NCBI RefSeq assembly: GCF_001194135.2
Contig: NC_068981.1
Location: 60,604,773-60,668,772 of the forward strand
Reading direction: 5' to 3'
DNA from: Octopus bimaculoides
Taxonomy: Eukaryota
DNA length: 64,000 nt
Positions within the stretch are counted from its first letter, which is position 1. Every line of letters starts with the position of its first letter. This document shows positions 1 to 11,993 of the stretch, one piece after another. Under the pieces are notes generated by a model. It saw only the letters and a list, made by a program, of their open reading frames with translations, ran no database searches and was not told the origin of the DNA. Made by a program: the position numbers and the translations under genes.

Positions 1-162
1 TGTTTGCCGCCCCACGCATAAACATACTGATAAACAATAATCCTTTTCACTATTCATATCTTACAACACACATATCCTCTTTTGCATACTTCCCTACATC
101 TTCACTCCTACTCTGCCATGCTGAATACGAATATACTCATCTCATTTACTGTTTATATTTCA

Positions 163-261
163 TTTTCTTTCTTTCCTTCTTTCTTTCCTTCTTTCTTTCC
201 TTCTTTCTTTCTTTCCTTCTTTCCTTCTTCCTTTCTTCTAATCGTCCTTTCTTTTTTTCTT

Positions 262-293
<32 letters not shown>

Positions 294-330
294 CCTTCCT
301 TCCTTCCTTCCTTCCTTTCTTTCTTTCTTT
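163..330. repeat. (TTTC)n/(TTCC)n pyrimidine microsatellite
   Basis: Directly visible tetranucleotide array; explains ORF 82..375. Confidence 0.95.
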
Positions 331-1009
331 CTTTACTCCCCACCTCACGCTTTGAATATATCTAAGTCACATTAAGGCATACTGAGATTGATCATATTGT
401 ATAACATCAGCTTCAACATTTTGTACATGAGTACAAAGTTTGCCCGTGTCAACTGCGATGTTCTTCATCGCTGGAGACACCCAAAGATGCGTTGAAGTAC
501 ACGCTAACGGATAATCAGATACGCACACGTACGCTTTTGGGCACGCCGTAGCAAAACCGTTTTTGCGTATATGAATATTTGATGTTTTATGTCCATAACA
601 TTTATTTTACATGTTTATTATGCATGTAAACACACAAACACTCACACACACAAACAAAATTACACACACATGCACACACGTGTATATGGGTGAAACTTTG
701 TAGTTGGTTCGAATCAATTTGAGCTCTGAAGGAATAATAAAACAACTTATTTCTTAATATATATTTTTAATGTTCTTTGTGGTGTGACCCTGTATTCTTC
801 CCAATCTAGAAAGTCCTCCACATTTCATATATTTATATATATTCACTTTGGTAATAAAAAAAAACGGAGAAACTGTTACACAATTACAAATACAAACAAG
901 AAAGTAACAACGGGCGTCTTTTGACCAACAAAGACGAAATAAGTTGAGCTGGCGTGTGTAGAGTGAAAGCCGTGAAGCAGGAATATAAAAGACGAACATA
1001 AGAGATGAA

Positions 1010-2286
1010 AGTCATGAGACAAAAATATAAGATGCTTCGCGGCTGCAGTCAAGCCTGGAAAGAAAGATCATGCTTGGCCGAATACCGGTCAGGTGGAAGG
1101 AAAGGAGAGCATGTATACATTGATAGGTCAATAAAATAAACACACTATTTACAAAGTCATGTGAGAGACAAAAAGGGGAAGCAAGACAGAGAAAACGGAA
1201 AGAATAAAAATAAAAAAGTAAGCAAAGAAAGTAAAGGAGAAAAAAGGAAAGAAAATTCACAGCGACGACGCTCTTCTCAGTATGTATGACGTACCGGTTG
1301 AGACAATAATTTGCACTTGCTGAATGGATGATAAGCCAGGGATCATTCTTAAATAATTTTCAGTTCCTTTTAGATCATTTTAAGTGCTCCTACAATCACT
1401 GGTATTGAGATGACACATCTTTTTGATTTCGACTAGCAAATCTGTATAATTTCTGAGCTTATTACATTTCTTTTCCGGAGATATTGTGTTCACAGAGTAT
1501 GCTCATGTCAGTCAAAAAACAGACTGTATTCACAGAAATATCTGCGCTCAGTTAGAGACTGAGGGTGGCTTTTGTACCATTTGTCAACAGTTTTGATTTT
1601 GTAATGCCAACACATTATCCAGTGTAGATATTGGCCAACTCTTTCATTGGTACAGGTGCTAGAACATTAAACCCATAGATTAGGTGATCCACCGCTTCAA
1701 TCCCATCGTTGCAGTATCGGCACTTTGGGTCTACACTAGTTTTGATCACATTGTCTTGATAGTACCGGGTCAATAAGTACTAATCTTGAGCAGCCAAGAT
1801 AAATACTTTACTGTTTGTCTTAAGCCTATAGCTCCGTCGCCACTTATAGGTGTGCTTCTAGTCTACATCGGCTTATTTGCTACGGGCCACATATGTACCA
1901 TGCAGAGGTTTTTGTTCCCACCTATCAGTCAATTGTTCAAACTCATTTTGCTTTGCTATTGATTTCACCTTCTTTACAACTTGAGTTGCTGCACTTCCAC
2001 GATGCTGTTCAACCTGGGTATTATGCATAAACCCACTTCAAAATGTTTTGTTGTCCTTCATAACAGAGCGTAGCTTCTTACGTCTTTCGTGGTTGTCAAC
2101 AGACTTTAGCATCCAGTCGATAGATGTTTCAAGATATTTTGTCAGTCCAACTGTGGTGGTTTGTAGGAGATTTCAAATTGGATCAAGCCTCGACTTCCTT
2201 GAGCTCTGGGTAGGTAAAGACGATCTCAATCTCCCTTTAGATGGTGCATCGTATTGCAAGTCAAGAGCTTACGGATTTTACTAGTA
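1010..2286 (-). mobile_element. R4/Dong-type RLE non-LTR retrotransposon, 5'-truncated decayed copy A
   Basis: Manual minus-strand translation across frameshifts: SKIRKLLTCNTMHH..LYLPRAQGSRGLIQF (RT thumb), SVDPKCRYCNDGIEAVDHL..ERVGQYLHWIMC (zinc knuckle region), then a degraded endonuclease region and a 3' region paralogous to 3700-4085. Confidence 0.85.
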
Positions 2287-2302
2287 GCATTATTATTATT
2301 AT

Positions 2303-3630
2303 TTTCATATTCACTCAACGGATTAGACTGTGGTAACAGAAAAATCCTAACATCGGTCTACATCAAGTAACCTTACATGCCAAAAACCCTTCTGTCGTGC
2401 TACAGCAAGTAAATTTAGATGCTAAGAATCGTTCTAAATATCATAGCTGTCGCTAATAACAATGTTTTCTGGGACAATAATAAACTGGGGTTTATGCCTA
2501 TTTCCTCTATCCATCTGTTTAAATCTTAAGGGATAGTTCCCAATACAACTATCATTACTGGGATACATTTTACCCGCAATTTCCATAGTCTCCCACTGGA
2601 TTACTCTCCCTAGATTGTCATGTCTTTTCTCATATACTTTCTGTACCTGCATGCTACATTCACTGACGGTGTGAGTAACGCTTTCCTCTTTTGATTTGCA
2701 TAATCTACATTGGGAATCTACTTTGTTTGTCTCTATCCTGGCTTTTATCCAATCTTTTGTCTCACTTTCTTTTCTGCAAACATAATCATGTCTCACTACT
2801 ACTGTTTACTGTAACTATCTTTGAGAATCTACCATGCAACGCCTTCCCCTGCCAGTCAGATAAATTTTGTTCTTTCTTCTGATTTTTAACTTCGTTTGGA
2901 TTTATGGCTTCCCTATGTCTTGTGGGGACTCTAGCAGCTTTCAAAAAAGTTTCTTCATTATTACCTACATAGGAGTCTATATCTACTTTAGCTACCTCCA
3001 CGCAGTCTTCTACCGATATTAACACGCTTCCGCATTCCGTTCAAGGTAGGTATAATCTTGCTACTCCTGCCATTGGGTAGACTCCTCCATTCCTTGTTCT
3101 TCTGTCTAGCTTTGCTAATTCAGTTTTTGTCTAATCTATAAAATCTGCTGAGTAACTAAGTAATGCTAGTTCCCAAGTGTTCACAGCATTCACAAGATTC
3201 GGACCATTTAGCTTTGACTTCATTAGATTCCTCACCCTTCTGATGTACTCCTTCTCAATATACGTTTTCATTTCTGTACTTGGTACCCTGTCAGATTCTC
3301 ATACTACATACTTATAACTCTCTCCTCCTTTCAATGATCTTAATATCTCGCCATCTGGTAAAAGGATGCCTTCACTGTTGACTACCCGTCCCCTTCTCAT
3401 GACTAATATCGCACACTTATCTATGCCAAATTCCATTGCTGAAAGTCTTACAGTCTGCATTAAGGAATCCATCTCATTTTCATTCTTACTGAAATGTTCC
3501 AGTTTATGCATGTAGTGCAAATGGTTAATTTTTTCCCTTACTATTTCTGAATTGATACCCTGCCTCTGCCTTCCTTAATATGAAACTGATGGATCGAACA
3601 TAAGATAAATATAATTGCTATTATCATTTT
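2303..3630 (-). mobile_element. R4/Dong-type RLE non-LTR retrotransposon, decayed copy B (RT C-terminus, CCHC knuckle, RHD motif)
   Basis: ORFs 3299..3520 (INHLHYMHKL = degraded YMDD motif; MEFGIDKCAILVMRRGR..GESYKY), 2786..3025 (WQGKALHGRF) and 2434..2796 (CRLCKSKEESVTHTVSEC..KRHDNLGRVIQW). Ends in a short (TAA)5 at 2289-2303. Confidence 0.9.
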
Positions 3631-3699
3631 CATTAGAAACTTTTTTCAATTCTGTTTCCATTTCTTGCCGAATGTGTTATTGACACTTAGAGTGGAGAA

Positions 3700-4085
3700 A
3701 CGTAATGTATATATTGGCAGTCCAATAAAACAAACACACCAGATTGCTCATTTACAGAGTCATGTGATAGAGAAAAAGGGGGAGACATAGAGAAAACTAA
3801 AAAAATAAAAAAATAGAAAAGTAAGCAAATCAAATAAAGAGGAGGGGAGGAAAGAAAATTTACAACGACAATGTTCTTCTCAATACATGTGACGTACCAG
3901 TTAAGACAAACTTTTGCACTTTCTGCATGGATGGTAAGCCAGTGATCATTCTTAAATAATTTTCAGTTCCGAGTGCTCCTACAATCACTGGCATTGTAGC
4001 CGTCTTGAGATGTCACATCTTTTCGATTTCGATTAGCAGATCTTTATATTTTCTGAGCTTATCCATTTCTTTTGCCGAGATATTA
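3700..4085 (-). mobile_element. R4/Dong-type element 3' end, copy C (RLE endonuclease C-terminus plus 3' UTR)
   Basis: Translation NISAKEMDKLRKYKDLLIEIEKM*HLKTATMPVIVGALG..VQKFVLTGTSHVLRRTLSL*; 3' UTR aligns by eye with 1110-1430. Confidence 0.85.
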
Positions 4086-4095
4086 TGGTAACAGG

Positions 4096-4163
<68 letters not shown>

Positions 4164-4609
4164 GTTCAGTAGTTTTATTTTTATAACGTGCTTTCACTTC
4201 ACTACCGAGCGCAGCTCTGTGTGCCTTGGGTATGTGCTGTGGTTTGCTGTGGTGCTCTTATGTTTACTGTATTGAAAGTGTTTTGCGTAGAATATGTGCA
4301 GNNNNNNNNNNNNNNNNNNNNNNNNNNNNNNNNNNNNNNNNNNNNNNNNNNNNNNNNNNNNNNNNNNNNNNNNNNNNNNNNNNNNNNNNTTCCAGGTCTT
4401 TGTATTTTGAAAGTTTTTCCATTTCTTTTAGAGAAACGTTGTCATCTGCTGGTATTGATACATCAATTAGAAAGCATTTTTTTCTTCATGATCTGTGACA
4501 ACTGTATCTGGTCTATTTACCTTAATTTCTCTATCTGTGTGTATTGGCATATCCCAGAGTATGGTTGCTTTCTCGTTTTCTGTGACCTTTTCTGGCGTGT
4601 GTTTATACC
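4164..4609 (-). mobile_element. R4/Dong-type element 3' end, copy D, flanked on both sides by (TAA)n
   Basis: ORF 4467..4670 YKHTPEKVTENEKATILWDMPIHTDREIKVNRPD..FLIDVSIP..KEMEKLSKYKDL (PD..D..EK RLE core). 3' UTR nearly identical to 20270-20384 and 21866-21945. (TTA)n at 4098-4163 and 4610-4657. Confidence 0.9.
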
Positions 4610-4660
<51 letters not shown>

Positions 4661-4749
4661 GAAAACTCACAGCTTATTTTGTTGAGTATGATAGAAAGTG
4701 TCAGCTGTGCACAGCCAGCAACTAAGGTGACACTTGTTTACTGCTCATG

Positions 4750-5400
4750 ATTCAAGAACCGTGCGAAGAAATCACGCAGTACCGCTGAATTTGTATCAAT
4801 CTTTTTCAGCTATGTTTGTAGTTGAATGCTGATATATACAACTGCGCCAATTACTATTTATGATGGATTCTCGCCCGTATTTGAACGGACGGAGAATCTC
4901 GTGAATGTCAAAAGATCGAGGTGGCAGAATTGGGTTGGGACTACGCTGGAGGTTCTTCTCCACGTGAAGCCAGAGCAGTTAGAGAAAGTCCCATACCTGA
5001 TTTCCATCTTGAATGCAGTAGAAATAAAGGTGAATGTAGAAGGAAGAAGGCCGAGGTTCCACGGCTGTGGTTCAACGGGCTACTTACGTTTTCACTGCCC
5101 ACAAAACCAGGACAGAAGGGCAGAAAGAAATGTCCAAACAAAAACACCACAACCCTTGAGTCGACAACCTTGAGGAAGGTGTTACAGTAAATGTGGGAGT
5201 AGCACCAGCTGCAGAGGCGGAAGCTACAGTAGCAGGAGCAACAACAACAATAACAGCTACTACAAGAAAACCAGAACAAACAACACCACAAGAAAACATA
5301 CAAGACTCCTCCACACACCAAAGCGATGATGAGGAGGAAGGCCAAAAGGCAAAACTCCCGAGCAATTTAACAGGTCCGTCAGTCCAACATATTACAACGC
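4750..5400 (+). mobile_element. L1/Tx1-like ORF1 fragment with degraded zinc knuckle
   Basis: ORF 4826..5173 ..VNVEGRRPRFHGCGSTGYLRFHCP resembles EGRPxxCxxCxxxGHxxxxCP of L1/Tx1 ORF1p, followed by a low-complexity A/T/Q-rich tail. Confidence 0.65.
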
Positions 5401-5429
5401 CATCCGGAGGTATTGATCTGCCTCAACAG

Positions 5430-5905
5430 GTGCCCAACCGCAAATCCACTGGCTTGGCGGCTTTGACTTTGCAACCGACTCGTATTCCTTTATAATGGTA
5501 CTGCCCGTCTCCACCTCGGTAACGTTCAATACCATGAGCGTGACATTGTCTGCATACGCCCACATTACAACTCCGCCGCGTCCCAGTTCGAAAGAGATGC
5601 TCCGTAACTGTTCCAACTTCCGCAGCTGTAGCTCGATAGCCAGTGCGTTAGAAGAGGCAATAGCGGGCAGCCTTGAGGAGCGGAGTATGCGACGCGAGAC
5701 AGTTTCGATAGGTGACGTTTATTTTGCCCACCGAGCAGGTGCCACTGATAACTGATGCGATCCAGCCTCTGAAAACAGGTCTGAAACTGGCCGCTTTCAA
5801 GGTGGTTTCGAGGTAGCGATTGTTGAACCTATCGAATGCTTTGGATTGATCCAAGTGGATCAGAGCGCCAGCGAAGCCAGCTTTAGTTTCAGTCACTTCT
5901 ATAAC
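5430..5905 (-). mobile_element. L1/Tx1-like reverse transcriptase fragment
   Basis: ALIHLDQSKAFDRFNNRYL..FRGWI (RT motif 3/A) and VMWAYADNVTLMV (degraded YADD) in ORFs 5648..5923 and 5392..5616. Confidence 0.85.
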
Positions 5906-6302
5906 GTCCAATAATAATAACAATGATAATATAGGAAATAATTCATTAAAGAAATGTTTTTTTTATGAATTTCAAGTACACAAAAAAATCGTTGCAAATC
6001 TTAGTCAAATTATATATCATATTTGCTCTATCTTTTATTTGCTAATAAATTATTTTAAATGCTTACTATATATTTTTATGACATAAAAATCAGCTATAAC
6101 GTTATGTATACCAACCAATGCCATACCAAAAATCTTTCTAAAATATATAAATTGCGCAGACGTGTTATTTCTTTGTAGAGTAAATGGGAAAGGGAGAGGC
6201 CCACCTGTAAATGAAGCTTAACTAATGTTCAGTTAAGCTAGTAGATGAAGGCGAGAAATTTCCATCAGTTATTAATGGTACCTGAATGTCACGATTCCCG
6301 TA

Positions 6303-6362
6303 CATTCTTTTATTCTTTTACTTGTTTCGGTCATTTGACTTCGGCCATATTGGAGCACCGCC
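6303..6362 (-). mobile_element. Short 3'-tail fragment of SINE family B
   Basis: ttttacttgtttcggtcatttgacttcggccatattggagcaccgcc matches the tail at 36336, 47930 and 54492. Confidence 0.7.
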
Positions 6363-6771
6363 ATGATAATATTTAAAATAATTTTAGTTTCAGACCAAAC
6401 AGAACTCACAATGAATTCATTCTGTCTGTGTACAAGCTTGATTTATAATAAACCATGTGATAAAAACAACGATTTTCTATGAAAAACATGTTCTAATATC
6501 AATTAATTATTTCATCTAATTGTTACAAAACATAATATCTACACAAAGTTTTAGTGTGTGTATTTTCAATGGAGTAAACTGCTTTTCGTTAATTATTAAG
6601 CCTCAGGTTTGAAATACATACTCATAATTACGTTTCTGTTTCGATTTTGCTTATGTTTTCACAATCATGTTTCCTTCCAATTTCCTACCTAATATTACAA
6701 TTGAATGGTGATATTTATAATTTGAGGTCTCATTCTCCGAGGAAGAAGAATATAGGTGAAAGTGTTAGCAT

Positions 6772-6819
<48 letters not shown>

Positions 6820-7828
6820 NNNNNNNNNNNNNNNNNNNNNNNNNNNNNNNNNNNNNNNNNNNNNNNNNNNNNNNNNNNNNNNNNNNNNNNNNNNNNNNNN
6901 NNNNNNNNNNNNNNNNNNNNNNNNNNNNNNNNNNNNNNNNNNNNNNNNNNNNNNNNNNNNNNNNNNNNNNNNNNNNNNNNNNNNNNNNNNNNNNNNNNNN
7001 NNNNNNNNNNNNNNNNNNNNNNNNNNNNNNNNNNNNNNNNNNNNNNNNNNNNNNNNNNNNNNNNNNNNNNNNNNNNNNNNNNNNNNNNNNNNNNNNNNNN
7101 NNNNNNNNNNNNNNNNNNNNNNNNNNNNNNNNNNNNNNNNNNNNNNNNNNNNNNNNNNNNNNNNNNNNNNNNNNNNNNNNNNNNNNNNNNNNNNNNNNNN
7201 NNNNNNNNNNNNNNNNNNNNNNNNNNNNNNNNNNNNNNNNNNNNNNNNNNNNNNNNNNNNNNNNNNNNNNNNNNNNNNNNNNNNNNNTATATATATATAT
7301 ATATATACATACACATATACATACATACGTACATACATACATACAAACACACCCAGACATACATATATATATATATATATATTTATACAGTGAGAGAAAG
7401 AGAGAGCGCGAGAGAGAAAGAGAAAGAGAAAGAGAGAGATAGGGATGTATGTATATGTCCGTCTATGTATACACTTTTGAATCTGTAGATGACGTTAATC
7501 TGCAACTAAAGTCCACTCAGTGTGCAATGTTCCATTCAAAGCCTCATAAGAAGAAACTTGTGAAGGTAACGTGCATTACGATCAATCTCAGAACGATATT
7601 ATTTGATATGTGATTGAGACACTTAAGTAACTAATACCATAGACACCACAGTATGGTGAACAAAAAAAAACTGTATCAAAATAAGTTCTCTTTATTAAAA
7701 TACAATAACTAGGATGCTCCATCAAGATTTTAAAAACATCAAACAACAAAATCAAGCACATGGAAAAGAACTGAAATTGATTTTTAAAAGGCAATTTACT
7801 GCCAGTGATTCATTTCGTTATTTAGCAG

Positions 7829-7958
7829 GTCCATGGCAAGTGGAATGATATATTTTCTTTACGCTTTTTGCTTCTTTCGAATATCGGTGACAGGAACTTT
7901 TGCTGATAGCAATAACAAGGACGACATTCTTTCCAACGAATGCGGAGACAGGATCCTT
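7829..7958 (+). CDS. Candidate first coding exon with signal-peptide-like N-terminus (unassigned)
   Basis: Acceptor ttcgttatttagcag|, gtccATGG context at 7833, MASGMIYFLYAFCFFRISVTGTFA-DSNNKDDILSNECGDRIL, possible donor CTT|GTATGA. No homology recognised. Confidence 0.3.
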
Positions 7959-8104
7959 GTATGAAAGCCTCGCATTTATCATTAGTACAAACGAAACAAA
8001 TAAAAACAGACAGCAAATAGATGGCGGTGTTTATCAACGGCGAGCATATGTTTGGACGTGTGTGTGTATGTGTATATATATATGTGCATGTATGTATATA
8101 GCTT

Positions 8105-8150
<46 letters not shown>

Positions 8151-8525
8151 CGTGCGTATTTACAAACGCATTTATTTAAGTATTCATACACAGTAAGTTA
8201 AAATATAGATGTATGAATGCGTGTGAGTGTGTAAGTATGCGAGCTGGCATTTATGTTTCTGCATGTAAGTAGATACCCGATTAAATGCTGGGAGTGCCAC
8301 ATTATAAATGAAGTGGTCAGTATTAAAGAGGTGGTTAATAAATTTTAAAATGGAATTAAAATTAGTTTTATTTATGAAGGCGAAAATGTCATTCATTATC
8401 CTAGTTATAATTTTGCTGGCTTATTCGGTAATGTTCGGTTCTAAATCAATAATAGAAATATCGTTACATGTATACACACATACCCACAGACATAGGCAGA
8501 CAGACACACACATACGTACACACAG

Positions 8526-8562
<37 letters not shown>

Positions 8563-10711
8563 CACATACATACATACATACATACATGCATACATACATA
8601 CATACATACATACATACATAACTATCTATATTTATTCAAATTTGACCTTTTATAATATATGTTAAAGATCAGCTCAGGCAACTATTTTAAATTGTNNNNN
8701 NNNNNNNNNNNNNNNNNNNNNNNNNNNNNNNNNNNNNNNNNNNNNNNNNNNNNNNNNNNNNNNNNNNNNNNNNNNNNNNNNNNNNNNNNNNNNNNNNNNN
8801 NNNNNNNNNNNNNNNNNNNNNNNNNNNNNNNNNNNNNNNNNNNNNNNNNNNNNNNNNNNNNNNNNNNNNNNNNNNNNNNNNNNNNNNNNNNNNNNNNNNN
8901 NNNNNNNNNNNNNNNNNNNNNNNNNNNNNNNNNNNNNNNNNNNNNNNNNNNNNNNNNNNNNNNNNNNNNNNNNNNNNNNNNNNNNNNNNNNNNNNNNNNN
9001 NNNNNNNNNNNNNNNNNNNNNNNNNNNNNNNNNNNNNNNNNNNNNNNNNNNNNNNNNNNNNNNNNNNNNNNNNNNNNNNNNNNNNNNNNNNNNNNNNNNN
9101 NNNNNNNNNNNNNNNNNNNNNNNNNNNNNNNNNNNNNNNNNNNNNNNNNNNNNNNNNNNNNNNNNNNNNNNNNNNNNNNNNNNNNNNNNNNNNNNNNNNN
9201 NNNNNNNNNNNNNNNNNNNNNNNNNNNNNNNNNNNNNNNNNNNNNNNNNNNNNNNNNNNNNNNNNNNNNNNNNNNNNNNNNNNNNNNNNNNNNNNNNNNN
9301 NNNNNNNNNNNNNNNNNNNNNNNNNNNNNNNNNNNNNNNNNNNNNNNNNNNNNNNNNNNNNNNNNNNNNNNNNNNNNNNNNNNNNNNNNNNNNNNNNNNN
9401 NNNNNNNNNNNNNNNNNNNNNNNNNNNNNNNNNNNNNNNNNNNNNNNNNNNNNNNNNNNNNNNNNNNNNNNNNNNNNNNNNNNNNNNNNNNNNNNNNNNN
9501 NNNNNNNNNNNNNNNNNNNNNNNNNNNNNNNNNNNNNNNNNNNNNNNNNNNNNNNNNNNNNNNNNNNNNNNNNNNNNNNNNNNNNTATATATATATATAT
9601 ATTTCTGTATTCATGTATGTGTCTGATATATTTTGCTTTCTACAAAATGTGACATGTTAAACTTATACTACTACCTCTAAGATAATGCGAACACAATGCT
9701 ATTGAATTGTAGAATAGGAATTTTACATGGTTCAATGCCTCATATTGATTTCCATTGGGAATTTTTGGAATGATATAGCATTAGGAAACTTCGTATGTTT
9801 TATAGTCTTCATGTCTGGTGTGTTTCTGTAAAACAAGTTGTTTATTTTTTTCGTATCGTATTTTTAGTTTCTTTCCTTTTTTCATTTGCGATTTAGCATA
9901 AAAAATATTTAGTATTTCGAGATATTTTGGGGGATGTATTTATGCATATGTGTGTGTATATGTTGCATGTTTCTTGTGTGAGTCGATGATATTGATGTGT
10001 AGCATACTGGAAGCAAATTGTGGCTGTGGAATCAGATTTCATATGTCTTCCTTCTTATAGGTTTGTAAATTTATGTATGTTTATATGTAAGAGTAGGGAA
10101 TGTGATTGGCTCTTCAAGAATTACAAAAACAGAAAAAAACAATACAAAACGAATTTGAAGTACGCTTGGAGGTGGAGAGCGGTCAGACAGGGACAATTAT
10201 CAGTAAAATTTAAGGTCAAGACTGGTAGGTTTTGAAAGTATATTGGAAAAAGCGTATAGCATAATATATACGTAAGTATATCCATTACGAATGGTAATTT
10301 AGTAAAATGCGTACTCAAGGATTCACAGGATAACAGAATCCAGGATTGAAGTAAATTTGATTGTGAAGCCAAATCATTAATTCTCTTTTATATAATTTAA
10401 AACAAAACTTGAAGTTACAAAGTTAAAATGCGGGTGTCCCAACAACTGCTTGTGAGTAGCTAAGTAAGTGCAAGTGAAAATATTCAGGGTTGATAGTTGT
10501 AGGTAGTTTTAATGTTAGAGAGAAAAAATAATAAAAAACCGAAAACATTTAATACAACATATGCTTTCTCGGGAAAAGTATAGGATCTGAATCCTAGAGT
10601 TGATAAAGATGGGTAATACACGATCGCTGATAGACTGGACAAAGAAAATATATTTCGAAAGGTTTAAGATATTTGAATGAATGTATATTGTAGTGGTCGT
10701 GGGTATATGTG

Positions 10712-10920
10712 AAGGATTGTGGCTCAGTAGTTGAGTTATTAGGCTTACGATCCTTGAGAAAGGCACTTTATTTTATGTTGCTCCAGTCCACCTGTATTAC
10801 CTCTATTTCAAAGGACCAGCCTTGTAACATTCTGTGTCACGCTGAAACTCCCTCAGAACTACGTTAATTTCACTTGCACGTTAATTTCACTTGCACGTTA
10901 ATTTGCAGAGCAGCCAAGTG
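10712..10920 (+). mobile_element. Decayed SINE sharing its 3' module with the SINE at 49135
   Basis: A-box-like gtggctcagtag; ccttgagaaaggcactttattttatgttgctccagtccac; then tttcaaaggaccagccttgtaacattctgtgtcacgctgaa..cacttgcacgttaattt, matching 49340-49450. Confidence 0.65.
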
Positions 10921-11288
10921 AGTACGTATTGATGTGACTCATTGATGTGATCGTGCGTGAATATGTAGGTGCACACAATATGCATATTGATTGGTGCAAA
11001 TTAAAACATATTTAACCATTCTTATGCTTGGTACGATATACCCGCATTTAACTTATCTTGTTATAAATAGAGATGTGAAATCCTTGAGGTAACGAAGGGT
11101 ATTTATGTCATCTCTCGAGCTACAAGTTATGTCAAACCCAAACAACTCCTTAAAAATAAGATCCAACAGTCCTCAATAGAGAGCTTATCGGCTATTTTAT
11201 TTCGTAATATACGATTTCTAAGAAACAGAATATGAAATCTTTACTTCTACGTATAGATCTCGCTCGATCCCCATTCATGGGAAGACAA

Positions 11289-11428
<140 letters not shown>

Positions 11429-11429
11429 T

Positions 11430-11560
11430 CGTTGCGGTTTTGTACGAAGCCAGCAATTTTGAGGGGAGAGGGCAAGTCGATTACATCGAGCCCAGTTCAT
11501 GACACTATACATCTGAAGGATGAATGGCAAAGTCGACCAGAGCTAAATTCAAATACAAAA
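11430..11560 (-). mobile_element. SINE family A, partial
   Basis: agtcgattacatcgagcccagt..ggcaaagtcgacc is the reverse complement of the body of the 13720 copy. Confidence 0.75.
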
Positions 11561-11960
11561 CATCCTTCAATACACGTTATCAATATGCTGACTGGTTTAC
11601 CCAAGTTCAAAAAGAGACGATTTTAAGAATGTCGAACACAGGAATAGTTTCTAGTTTTCAGGAGTTCATTTTGACAGTTTTATTTCTCACAACACTGTAT
11701 AACCTATGTGAGATTCATTGATTAGAATTACTTCACAAATGATTTTTTTTTTCAAATTTGAGTGCAAAAGCATAACTCTACTGATGATATCAAAAACTAC
11801 AACACATGATGAAGTTCTCGAGTACTTTTTAAGTGACGTGATTACATACATATATACATACATATATATATATATATGTATGTATATATGCATGTATACA
11901 TGTATCTATCTATCCATTTTTATTGGTACATATACACACGAGTCCTTGTGCATGTGTGTG

Positions 11961-11993
<33 letters not shown>

